The notes beneath the pieces were generated by a model. The model saw only the letters and a list, made by a program, of their open reading frames with translations. It was not told where the DNA came from and ran no database searches. The position numbers were made by a program, and so were the translations under genes. From IMG/VR virus record IMGVR_UViG_3300025137_004926: DNA of 64,000 bases; one strand, 5' to 3'. How positions within the stretch are numbered: position 1 is the stretch's first letter; every line of letters begins with the position of its first letter. This document shows, one piece after another, positions 42,987 to 53,200 of the stretch. Source of the DNA: a virus.

Positions 42987-43571
42987 ATGAATAAAATTAT
43001 TGTGACAGACTGTGACGGAGTCCTCCTTGATTGGGAAAACTCTTTCTATGAATGGATGAAATCAAAAGGATATGATGCACAGAATATAGGTGTCTACGAC
43101 ATGGCAGATGTGTTTGCTATGGAAAAAGTTGAAGTCAAAAAACTTATTAAAGAATTTAATAACAGTTCATGGATGGCTACTCTACCTGTTTTACGTGATG
43201 CACGAAGTGGTGTTGCTAAATTAGTAGAAGCAGGATATGAATTTCATTGTGTTACTTCATTGAGTTTAGATGAAAACACAAAGATGCTAAGACAACAAAA
43301 TTTAGATAATGTATTTGGAAAAGATGTATTTACTAAACTTGTTTGTTTAGATACTGGTGCAGATAAAGATGAAGGACTTGAGCCTTACACTGATACTAAT
43401 TACTTCTGGATAGAAGATAAAACTGAAAACGCACTTTGCGGACTAAAATATGGTTTACAACCAATTCTTATCAGTCATGAACATAATTCAGATATGCAAA
43501 AAGATGGAATGATCCCAGTTGTTGATACTTGGGATGATATCGTAAATATTATTATACCAAATCATAGGTAA
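42987..43571 (+). CDS. HAD family 5'(3')-deoxyribonucleotidase-like hydrolase
   Basis: DCDGVLLDW, VTS and WIEDK..N motifs. Confidence 0.8.
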   Translation: MNKIIVTDCDGVLLDWENSFYEWMKSKGYDAQNIGVYDMADVFAMEKVEVKKLIKEFNNSSWMATLPVLRDARSGVAKLVEAGYEFHCVTSLSLDENTKMLRQQNLDNVFGKDVFTKLVCLDTGADKDEGLEPYTDTNYFWIEDKTENALCGLKYGLQPILISHEHNSDMQKDGMIPVVDTWDDIVNIIIPNHR

Positions 43572-43597
43572 TAATGAGGGAGCGAACTCCCTCATTA
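43572..43597. terminator. Hairpin between convergent genes (probable bidirectional terminator)
   Basis: TAATGAGGGAG-cgaa-CTCCCTCATTA, a perfect 11 bp stem. Confidence 0.8.
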
Positions 43598-43600
43598 CTT

Positions 43601-44341
43601 TTAATCGTCTTCTCCGTAAATTTTTAGAACTTCTGTAACAGCAGGATGCCTCTCCACATCCATTAAATCAAATCGACTTACTGAAATATGATTTAACTTT
43701 GCTTTTTGATAATTGTTAACAAGTTCTACAAAATCTGAAAGACCGTTTTCTGAAAATCCTCTGTCATGTTGCTTTAGGTCTCCGGTTACTATCATCTTTG
43801 TATTATTGCCAATACGGGTTAGTAACATCTTCATTTGAGATTTAGTTGCATTTTGCATTTCGTCTGCAATGATCCACGAGTTCTCAAATGTACGACCACG
43901 CATATATGCCAGTGGGGCTATCTCAATCAAATTTTCTGTGAGCATCATTTCGATTTGTTGCATCGAAAAGTGCTTTTCAAATATATCAAATATAGGTCTA
44001 GTCCATGGTGACATCTTTTCGTTTAAATCACCGGGTAAGAACCCATGTTGCTCGTCAACTGATACTGCAGGACGAGTTATAACTATTTTTTTCACCTCTC
44101 TTTCCATGAATGCTTTTATTCCCATCTGCGTACACAGGAGCGTTTTACCTGTACCAGCAGGACCAATCGCAAATACAATATTATTGTCTGGATTAGCTAA
44201 CTGATATAGATAGTCTTCTTGTGATACGTTTCTGGGTAAAATAGTTGGAATTGTCTTCTTATGTAGTGGGATTACTCCGTAATCATTACTACGGTTGTGC
44301 GTCTTATTATTATGTTTTTCAACACGTTTTTTTCGTGCCAT
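43601..44341 (-). CDS. phoH: PhoH family ATPase
   Basis: GPAGTGKT, GFLPG, PLAYMRGRT, DEMQN, LTRIG and GD..Q.D motifs. Confidence 0.95.
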   Translation of the reverse strand: MARKKRVEKHNNKTHNRSNDYGVIPLHKKTIPTILPRNVSQEDYLYQLANPDNNIVFAIGPAGTGKTLLCTQMGIKAFMEREVKKIVITRPAVSVDEQHGFLPGDLNEKMSPWTRPIFDIFEKHFSMQQIEMMLTENLIEIAPLAYMRGRTFENSWIIADEMQNATKSQMKMLLTRIGNNTKMIVTGDLKQHDRGFSENGLSDFVELVNNYQKAKLNHISVSRFDLMDVERHPAVTEVLKIYGEDD

Positions 44342-44482
44342 GTGCTTTCCTCCTTAAAGAGGGATTTTCAGAATGAGCATTACACTCAATAGTACTTATC
44401 ATTTTTAGGTTGCAATTAAGTAAGAATACTGTTAAACTAAGAAGAAATAATTTTGTTATACAAAAAAGATAAATAGATATGT

Positions 44483-45013
44483 ATGAAGATTATGGAGAAA
44501 AGCATGTCAGATGTAAACTCAAATGATATTATCGATAATATAAGAAATGTCGATAAAAATGGCACATTGTTAGACGTTCTACTTGAATTTGAAAAAGTAT
44601 TGGACGATGTTGGCATGTACGCTTATAAAAACTGGTCAAAAGGCGAAGTTGCTATGGGACCTAAGCTATCACGTTATTGGTTGAACGTTAAAATAATGTA
44701 TCAATATAATGATATGCCTGATCCAAGAGCAGGTCTAAGACTAACTAAACTAGGCTGTGAAGTCAAGTATGAGCAAGGTGTACTAAAGACACCAGTTATT
44801 CCAAAAACACCAGAAGATTTAAACGATGAAGGTGAACCAAAACTAAAATCTGACACAGTTTGGTTAATCGACATCTTAATGCCACGTAAATTTGTAGATG
44901 AGTTTACAGATGAAGAAATGGCAGTTGGAGACATCAAGGTAGACCAAGAAGCTGTAGGTAATGCAGAAGCACAAGGTCTTGATGATGAAACCAATCAGCA
45001 ACAGGATATCTAA
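44483..45013 (+). CDS. Hypothetical late protein
   Basis: TAAATA at 44470-44475; LLEFE.VLD...YAYKNW motif. Confidence 0.75.
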   Translation: MKIMEKSMSDVNSNDIIDNIRNVDKNGTLLDVLLEFEKVLDDVGMYAYKNWSKGEVAMGPKLSRYWLNVKIMYQYNDMPDPRAGLRLTKLGCEVKYEQGVLKTPVIPKTPEDLNDEGEPKLKSDTVWLIDILMPRKFVDEFTDEEMAVGDIKVDQEAVGNAEAQGLDDETNQQQDI

Positions 45014-45015
45014 TT

Positions 45016-45423
45016 ATGAAATTTGAACAAATTAAAGAAGGCGTAGGCCATAATGATTTGAAATCACTAGTATCAAATAAGATTTCTATAGCAGAATTTG
45101 TTCCTAAAACGGGAAACGAAGAAGATGTTATTGTTCTAGCTTTTTATGTTAAAGACGATAGACCTGCACAAGATTTAGCCACATTTATGGAGAAGGGTGT
45201 TGTTGATATATTAGATACAGAAGTATCCCCTAATGCAGATGATGATGGTCATTACTTAGTTTTCGTTGAAATGAAAAATGAAAATGTAATGAAAACTACT
45301 TTAGAACTATTAGACGATGTTTCACGTATTTGTGAAGTTGAAGAATGGTCATTAGAATTCTATGGTGGTAAAACAGTTCCAGTAAAAGCAGATGAAATTG
45401 AAGGATATCTAAAAAAGAATTAA
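45016..45423 (+). CDS. Hypothetical protein
   Basis: 135 aa ORF. Confidence 0.75.
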   Translation: MKFEQIKEGVGHNDLKSLVSNKISIAEFVPKTGNEEDVIVLAFYVKDDRPAQDLATFMEKGVVDILDTEVSPNADDDGHYLVFVEMKNENVMKTTLELLDDVSRICEVEEWSLEFYGGKTVPVKADEIEGYLKKN

Positions 45424-45638
45424 TGGCAAAAGAACCCGCAATGGAATTTGAAGGTGATGTTACAGATATCACTCCTGGATGTTTTAAAATTAAGCTAGAT
45501 AATGGTCACACAGTTAATGGTACATTATCTGGAAAAATGAGAAAGAATAATATAAAAGTTATTCTACATGATAGGGTTAAAATTGAAATGAGCCCTTATG
45601 ATATTACAAAAGGGCGTATAACGTTTAGGTACAAATAA
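45423..45638 (+). CDS. infA: Translation initiation factor IF-1
   Basis: MAKE...EG.V, L.NGH, SGKMRK, D.V..E.SPYD.TKGRI.FR. Confidence 0.95.
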   Translation: MAKEPAMEFEGDVTDITPGCFKIKLDNGHTVNGTLSGKMRKNNIKVILHDRVKIEMSPYDITKGRITFRYK

Positions 45639-46114
45639 TGTTTTTTGTTAGAATTAAAAAATATCTAATCATCGCAGGTGTTTTAGCCGCAGTTGGATTT
45701 GGATTATTTAAATATTACGAATATACTCAAAATCAAATAAGAATATATGCTGAAAATGCCGCCAGAGCAGAAATGGCTCAACAAGAGACACAAGCGGCGT
45801 TAGAGCAAACCATGAAAGACTTACAGTTAGTACAAGAAAAATTTACTAAAGTTACTGAGCAATTTGCGACGGCTAATGGTCGTGTAAAAGGCTTGGAAAC
45901 TAAACTAAAAGAACACGATTTACCTTACTTGGCTGAACAAAAACCAGGATTAATCAATAAAATAGTTGACAAAGGTACTAAAGATATGTTAAGATGTTTA
46001 GAAATAGTAAGTGGTTCGCCACTAACCGAGGAAGAAATAAATGTTACTAAAAAAAGTAAAGCAAACACCACATGTTCTGATATTGCTAATCCTAACTACG
46101 TTCCTATTAACTAG
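45638..46114 (+). CDS. Putative i-spanin (Rz-like)
   Basis: N-terminal TM segment, periplasmic coiled coil, Cys near the C-terminus; overlaps a lipoprotein gene. Confidence 0.65.
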   Translation: MFFVRIKKYLIIAGVLAAVGFGLFKYYEYTQNQIRIYAENAARAEMAQQETQAALEQTMKDLQLVQEKFTKVTEQFATANGRVKGLETKLKEHDLPYLAEQKPGLINKIVDKGTKDMLRCLEIVSGSPLTEEEINVTKKSKANTTCSDIANPNYVPIN

Positions 46115-46499
46115 TTGTAGCACTACACCAAAATCAGTCATATATACGCCTAAACCAGTAGAGCGTCCTGAGTTAATTTTGCCTGAAACAAAAACTTTGA
46201 ATATGCGTAATGTTGACTTCATTGTAATGACAAGAAAAAATGTTGAAGAAGAATTCGCTAAGTTAGAAAAAGACGGTAAAGCTATTGTTATTTTTGGGTT
46301 AGATGCAGAAGACTATGAAAAGTTATCATTCAATATAGCGGACATCTTAGAGTTATTAGACCAACAACAGTCAGTAATAGTTGCATATAGAGAATACTAC
46401 GAAGAAGCAGATAAAACCCTTGAAGAAATCAATTTACAAAGCGAGATAGAAATTGAAGTCGATGAAGAAGGTGGCTTTCTTTCTAATTTTCTTAAATGA
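46041..46499 (+). CDS. Putative o-spanin (Rz1-like lipoprotein)
   Basis: LLTSC lipobox followed by a Pro-rich segment. Confidence 0.65.
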   Translation: MLLKKVKQTPHVLILLILTTFLLTSCSTTPKSVIYTPKPVERPELILPETKTLNMRNVDFIVMTRKNVEEEFAKLEKDGKAIVIFGLDAEDYEKLSFNIADILELLDQQQSVIVAYREYYEEADKTLEEINLQSEIEIEVDEEGGFLSNFLK

Positions 46500-46882
46500 C
46501 ATCCAGTCCATACGCAGTTCTAAAAATCGATAAATATTCTACAACAGATGATATCAGAAAGTCTTATAAAAGACTCATGAAGAAACATCATCCTGACACT
46601 GGAGACGGTGACAGAGAAACATTCGATAAGGTAAGACTTGCTTATATACAGTTAAAAGATAAAAAATCCAAAAATGGTGTTGTAAGGACACTCAGCATAA
46701 CAGTCCCTATAACAAAGCAAGACTTATCCTTAATTTTAGGCACTAAACAATCATTCATGTGCCAAGATGTTCCTTTTGATGTAATGGTTCCTTATGAGAC
46801 TAGGATTAATGATACCATAGTTGTTAAAAAAATACTAGGTGACTTGTCACTTAAAATAAAATTCAAGGAAGAAAATGAGTAA
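46496..46882 (+). CDS. J-domain (DnaJ-like) protein
   Basis: PYAVL...IRKSYKRL.KKHHPD motif. Confidence 0.85.
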   Translation: MTSSPYAVLKIDKYSTTDDIRKSYKRLMKKHHPDTGDGDRETFDKVRLAYIQLKDKKSKNGVVRTLSITVPITKQDLSLILGTKQSFMCQDVPFDVMVPYETRINDTIVVKKILGDLSLKIKFKEENE

Positions 46883-49094
46883 AGCAGATAGAGTAAATGT
46901 TTCGATTGAACGTGCCGTACAACATGCAAATTCTTTAGCACACGAATATGTGACACTAGAGCATCTTCTATATTCAATTATGGAAGAACCTGATGTTAGC
47001 AATATGCTTACTCAGATGAAATGTAATGTTAAGTTTATGTTAGATGAATTAGAAAAGTATCTTAATGAGCGTGATGATATTACAAAAGGTGAGGATAATA
47101 CCACACCAAGAAAAACGCTATCATTGGACCGTGTGTTTAATCGTGCAGTAACACAAGTAATTTTTAGTGGTCGTTCTAAACTTCAAGTAAGAGATATATT
47201 TGTTTCTCTATTAAGCGAGACTGGATCTGTTGCTTATTATATCTTAAAACAATCAGGTGTATCAAGAGAAAAAGCAATCGATATTCTAAGAAAAGAATAT
47301 TACGGAACTAGCCAAGGTAGAGATATGGTTGGTGGACCTCAAGGTCAAGGAGCACCAATAAAATTTGAAGATTATTGTTTAAATTTAAATCAACAAGCAT
47401 TAGACGGAATAATCGATCCTGTTATTGGACGTGAAGAAGAATTAATAGAATTAACAGAGGTACTAGCAAGACGTAAAAAGAACAATGCTATCATTGTAGG
47501 AGAACCTGGTGTAGGTAAAACTGCAATCGCAGAAGGTCTTGCATTAATGATTGGTGAAGGTCATGTACCAGATATATTAAAAGATAAAACAGTCTATTCA
47601 CTAGATGTTACATCACTTGTAGCAGGTACAAAGTACCGTGGTGAATTTGAAGAAAGAGCAAAAGCAGTATTTGACCAATTATCAAGTAAAGATGATGTAA
47701 TCTTATTCATTGATGAAATTCATATGATTATGGGTGCAGGTTCGGCAGGTGGATCTAACATAGATATTGCAAACTTATTAAAACCATTATTAGCAAGTGG
47801 TAAATTGCATTGTATTGGTGCAACAACAAGTGAAGAATACAGAGAAAACTTTGAAAAAGATAGAGCATTACAAAGACGTTTTCAGAAACTAGTTATTGAA
47901 CAACCAAGTGCAGAGAATACAAAATTAATTTTGAAAGGCTTGAAACAATATTACGAAGCATACCACGAAGTTGAATACACAAGTGAAGCGATAGAGTTAT
48001 CAGTTGATTTAGCAGAACGTTATATGCATGGTAAGTTTAACCCTGATAGAGCAATCGATGTTATTGATGTAGCAGGCGCAAGAGCAAAGCTACATAAACA
48101 TAAAGGTAAAATTACTAAAGAAGAAATACAACAAGCCGTAGCAAAAATTACAAGAATTCCTTTAGAAATGATAGATGCAAAACAAAATGCAAACTATGAA
48201 AAACTAGAAGAAAGTATCAAGACAAAACTATTTGGGCAAGACAAAGCAGTTAGTTCATTAGTCGAATCTATACTCGTATCTAAATCAGGTATGAGAGCAA
48301 GAAATAAACCAATTGGTTCATTCTTATTTGTAGGTCCGACAGGAACAGGTAAAACTGAATTGTGTAGACAATTAGCAGACAAACTTGATATTAAACTTAG
48401 AAAGTACGATATGTCAGAATATATGGAACAACATTCTGTATCAAAACTTATCGGTGCCCCTCCGGGCTATGTAGGACACGCCGAAGGCGGGGCTGGCGCA
48501 GGACAATTAATCAATGACATAGATGAAACACCTAACTGTGTTGTTCTATTAGATGAAGTTGAAAAAGCCCACCCAAGTGTAATGAACCTCTTATTACAAG
48601 TTATGGACGATGGTCGTTTGACTAGTTCAACTGGTAAAACAGCAGACTTTAGCAATGTTATTCTTATAATGACTAGTAACTTAGGAGCGGCACAACAATC
48701 TAAGAGTGCTATAGGGTTCACGAATTCAAATGAAGGCGCTTCATATGAAGCAGTTAAGAGATTCTTTTCACCAGAGTTTAGAAATAGACTTGATGCAATG
48801 GTTGAATTTACTTCATTAGAACGTGAACACATAGATATGATTGTTAAGAAAACAATCAAAGAAATTAATGAAATGTTATCAGATAAAAATGTAACTATTA
48901 AATTATCAGCAAAAGCAAAAACATGGCTGAGAAATAAAGGATATCAACCTGATATGGGAGCGAGACCTTTACAACGTGTAGTAAATGATTACATCAAAAA
49001 ACCATTGTCAAAAGAAATATTATTTGGTAAACTTGTTGATGGTGGACTGGTAACTATAAAAATTGTAAATGATGAGATTGAATTTGAATACTGA
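46875..49094 (+). CDS. clpA: ATP-dependent Clp protease ATP-binding subunit ClpA
   Basis: Clp N-domain, GEPGVGKT and GPTGTGKT Walker A motifs, IGF loop, no ClpB middle domain. Confidence 0.93.
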   Translation: MSKADRVNVSIERAVQHANSLAHEYVTLEHLLYSIMEEPDVSNMLTQMKCNVKFMLDELEKYLNERDDITKGEDNTTPRKTLSLDRVFNRAVTQVIFSGRSKLQVRDIFVSLLSETGSVAYYILKQSGVSREKAIDILRKEYYGTSQGRDMVGGPQGQGAPIKFEDYCLNLNQQALDGIIDPVIGREEELIELTEVLARRKKNNAIIVGEPGVGKTAIAEGLALMIGEGHVPDILKDKTVYSLDVTSLVAGTKYRGEFEERAKAVFDQLSSKDDVILFIDEIHMIMGAGSAGGSNIDIANLLKPLLASGKLHCIGATTSEEYRENFEKDRALQRRFQKLVIEQPSAENTKLILKGLKQYYEAYHEVEYTSEAIELSVDLAERYMHGKFNPDRAIDVIDVAGARAKLHKHKGKITKEEIQQAVAKITRIPLEMIDAKQNANYEKLEESIKTKLFGQDKAVSSLVESILVSKSGMRARNKPIGSFLFVGPTGTGKTELCRQLADKLDIKLRKYDMSEYMEQHSVSKLIGAPPGYVGHAEGGAGAGQLINDIDETPNCVVLLDEVEKAHPSVMNLLLQVMDDGRLTSSTGKTADFSNVILIMTSNLGAAQQSKSAIGFTNSNEGASYEAVKRFFSPEFRNRLDAMVEFTSLEREHIDMIVKKTIKEINEMLSDKNVTIKLSAKAKTWLRNKGYQPDMGARPLQRVVNDYIKKPLSKEILFGKLVDGGLVTIKIVNDEIEFEY

Positions 49095-49782
49095 GAAAGT
49101 AGCTAAATTATTCTATGGAACACACCCGTACAAAATATCATATAAAAGACTGTACGGATTTCCAGACAAAGATAGTTTGTTTTTCAAAAGACATTTTGAA
49201 AGCAACCCAAATGCAATTAATGAATGGTGGTTTGATATGCCAACGACAGATGAAGAAAAGTCTGTTAGAATTAACTGTTTTACTTTCTTAAGAAAATTTA
49301 AAGATATAAAATTCAATAATGGTGCGTATACACATGCGTATTTTAAGTACAAATCAGACTATGAAGAAGCGAAACAGAGATACGTAGAGTTACACAAATC
49401 TTATGCCGAACCATTAGTTGATAATCTTAAAGAAGTATTAGATAGTTTTGACCGCAGAGTAGAACTAAAAAATAACCTATGGTTCAAGCAATATAAGTAT
49501 AAGATAGTATTCAAGCCTAATAGAGATTTCATTGACCATACGGGACATGACCTATATAAAATGTATGCACATAATACAAATTATAGGCTTAACTCTAATA
49601 TGAAACGATTTGATCCTGAATACTTACTAAAACATCAAAAGAGAAGACATATTCATCACCAATATCAGCTATATGCTATATATTGCCTAGATAAAATTGA
49701 TACAGACTTGCTAACTTTCGTTGCAAGTGAGTGTATTGGTACCATAACTAAAGCTGTGCTATTAACTGATTTAGATAAATAA
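49069..49782 (+). CDS. Hypothetical protein
   Basis: 237 aa ORF. Confidence 0.7.
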   Translation: MMRLNLNTEKVAKLFYGTHPYKISYKRLYGFPDKDSLFFKRHFESNPNAINEWWFDMPTTDEEKSVRINCFTFLRKFKDIKFNNGAYTHAYFKYKSDYEEAKQRYVELHKSYAEPLVDNLKEVLDSFDRRVELKNNLWFKQYKYKIVFKPNRDFIDHTGHDLYKMYAHNTNYRLNSNMKRFDPEYLLKHQKRRHIHHQYQLYAIYCLDKIDTDLLTFVASECIGTITKAVLLTDLDK

Positions 49783-49839
49783 GTATAGTTATTATTGAAC
49801 ATAAACTATACAGGTTAATTACGAAGGGTTGAAGGATAT

Positions 49840-50211
49840 ATGGCACGTAAAACAGTTACACTCTTACCACAAACAGGTAGTCTTGAATTAAACACTACAG
49901 GTAGTGCAGTCCCAGGTGACAGTTATTATGGTTACACGGACGGAATACACACAGTTGCGATTTACGGTCAATCTTTGTCAGGTAGAGTAAAAATTCAAGG
50001 AACATTAGCAACTAATCCAACAGATGATGATTGGTTTGATGTACTATTTACTGGTTTACCATATAAAGATTACAACAATTTCACAGGAGTTGAAGGCTTC
50101 ACATTCGTGGCCAATTTAGTTTATTTAAGAGCATCTTTAGACAGGACTGCATTGGGTATATCAGATTTTACTCAAGCAGGATATATAGAGAAAATCTTTT
50201 TAAATTACTAA
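49840..50211 (+). CDS. Putative virion structural protein
   Basis: TAAATA at 49776-49781; beta-rich; precedes the fibre genes. Confidence 0.65.
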   Translation: MARKTVTLLPQTGSLELNTTGSAVPGDSYYGYTDGIHTVAIYGQSLSGRVKIQGTLATNPTDDDWFDVLFTGLPYKDYNNFTGVEGFTFVANLVYLRASLDRTALGISDFTQAGYIEKIFLNY

Positions 50212-50223
50212 AGGAACACAGAT

Positions 50224-53200
50224 ATGAGCATTAACGCACAACCATTTAGTCCTACATTTAAACTAGTTGGCAACTTGTCGGACAGCCAAATATTAGTTTA
50301 TGATGCAAGTGAAAATGCGTTTGTAAACGCAACTAATACGGGTGCATCTGGAGGCGCTGGTTTAACTTCTGTATCTAATACAGGTACTGGAGTTGGAGTA
50401 GGACAGGCAACAGGCACAGCCCTAGAATTAAAAAGTCTTATAGCCGGCACAAATTTAACAATTACAGATAATGGTCAAGCATTAGTATTTGACGTAACAG
50501 GATCTGCATCACCATCAGGTTTAACAGGCGGTACTAATTTAGGTTCTGGACTTGGTGTTATTAAAGGTGTTGATACAGGTGGAACTTCACTTGAAGCAAA
50601 AAGTATAGCAGTTGGTAGTGGACTTTCGATTGCAGAAGCAAACGATACGTTAACTATTACACTGACAGCCAGTATTAATGGCAAACTAGAAATATCAAAT
50701 AATTTAGCTGATGTGGCCGACGTTGCAACAGCAAGAACAAATCTAAGTGTATATTCAAAAGCAGAAGCAGACTCAAAATACTTAAGGGTTGACAATCATA
50801 GTGTTCCGACTGTTGATAACACATTTGATTTAGGTTCAACAACATACAGATTTAACGACATTTATGCGGAGACTTTTCAAGGTACAGCCGTACTAGCAGA
50901 AAATCTTTCTTTAACAGGTACTGCACAAGGCGATGTATTAACTTGGAACGGTTCTACTTGGGTTGCTTCACAACCTACAGGCGGTGGCGGAGGTGGAGGC
51001 GGAGGCGTCCCACAAACTCTTTCTTTAATAGGACAATCTCTTACTATATCAGGTGGGAACTCAATTACATTACCATCATATAATGATGATGACCCATTTA
51101 TAAGATTAGACCAATCAACTGTACCGACAGTAACAAATACTTTTGATATTGGTTCTTCGACATACAAATATAATGACATTTACGCTGAAACATTCCAAGG
51201 TACTGCGGTTGCGGCTGATACGCTTACAGTAACCGGTACAGCAGGACAGATTTTAACATATAACGGCAGTCAATGGATTGCGGCCGATAATGCAGGTTCA
51301 GGAGGTGGAGGAAACTCTGTACCACAAACACTTGCTTTAAACGGATCAACTCTAGCAATTTCTACAGGTAACTCTGTAGATTTATCAGGTATTGGTGGTA
51401 CAACAGATTATAACAATCTGTCAAATAAACCTACTATACCAACAGACTTATCAAACCTGACAGACACAACTAACTTGTTGACATCGGGTCAAGTAGCACA
51501 GAATTTAACATTAGCTGGAACACAACTTACGATATCAAGTGGTAACACTGTAGATTTCTCAGGTATGTTCACTGATACAGATAATCAAACATTATCTTTC
51601 GACACTAATAATAACAGATTAACCATAGCAAACGGTAACTATGTTGACCTATCATCACTATCAGGTGGTGGTGGTGGTGCATCAATACTAAACGACTTAA
51701 CAGACGTAGAAGTAGCATCAGCAGGTCACATCCCAACTAACGGTCAAGCATTAATTTGGTCGCAATCAATGGGACACTGGATGCCAGGTAGTGTATTCGA
51801 TGGAGACTATAATTCTCTATCAAATCAACCAACAATTCCTTCAAGCCAAACACTTCTATTTTCAGGTACGACCTTATCGATATCTGGAGGCAATGGAGTT
51901 GATTTATCAAGTTTATCGGGCGCAGGCGCTCAAGCACTATCTTTAGCTGGTACACAATTAAGTATCTCAGGGAGCAATACAGTAGATTTTTCTGGTATGT
52001 TCACAGATACAGATAATCAAACATTATCTTTTGATACAGGTACAAAATCATTAACAATAGCAAATGGTAACTCAGTAGACCTATCATCACTTGGTGGGTC
52101 TTCTGTGCAAACTATAGATGACTTAGATGACGTTACAGTAACAGGCACACAAGATGGTCAGTTCTTAATATACAATAATACATCAGGTGAATGGGAAAAT
52201 CAGACAGTAAATATACCTACATCTAACCAAGCACTTTCTACTACAGATAATGTACAGTTTGCAGGTATTCAATCGACAGGAACAGTTCAGGCTCAAGCAT
52301 TTGAAGGTAACATATATGATACTAACGGTAATGTTCTACTTGATAATACTAGTGGCAACGCAGGTTTCGGTGGTAATATTTCATCAAATGGTTCATCATC
52401 ATTCTCAGGTACAGTAAATTTCAATGGTGCTACAATCCAGAATTTAGATTTAGCGTTAAGTGACTTAACAAATGTAAGTTCAAGTGCTCCATCAACTGGT
52501 GAAGTTTTAAAATGGGACGGCTCGCAATGGGCGGCATCACCTGACTCAACTTCAAGTGGTGGTGCAGGAATAGCCTTAACAGATTTAAGTACTGGTGTAG
52601 GTTTACAATATAATAATGTAAGCGGCGAGTTTACATTAAATGCAGGTATAAATGACTTACTTGATGTAAGCACAGCAGGCTTAAGTGACGGACAAGTTCT
52701 AAAATGGAATGCATCAGCAAATAGATTTGAACCAGATGATGACTTAGTACTGACAAGCACAGATGCATTAGCAGAAGGTTCAACTAATCTTTACTACAGA
52801 GATTCACGTGTAGATTCAAGAATTCAAGCAACTACTAGTGATATAATCACTGAAGGTACAAACAATCTTTATTATACAGATACAAGAGTAGACCAAAGAC
52901 TAGGCTCACAACTATTACCAGGTGCAAATATTACTATCACACCAGGCGCAGGCGGTATATTAACTATCGCTTCAACAGGTGGTGGTTCAACTTATTCAGA
53001 CACAGACGCAAGAGCGGCGATTTCAGTTTCACAACAAAGTGCAAGTGGCAACGGTTCATTAACATATAGCGTAGCGACAGGTACATTCACATATACTCCA
53101 CCAAACTTATCTACTTTTAGTACGTTTAGTGGTAATTATACAGACTTGATTGGCAAACCAACAATGCCAACTAAAGTAAGTGATTTGACGAATGACACAG

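Noticed and set aside
51511-52092. Near-duplicate DNA as a possible DGR template/variable repeat pair
   Set aside because: Differences are mostly synonymous and not adenine-specific; no reverse transcriptase is present in the window.
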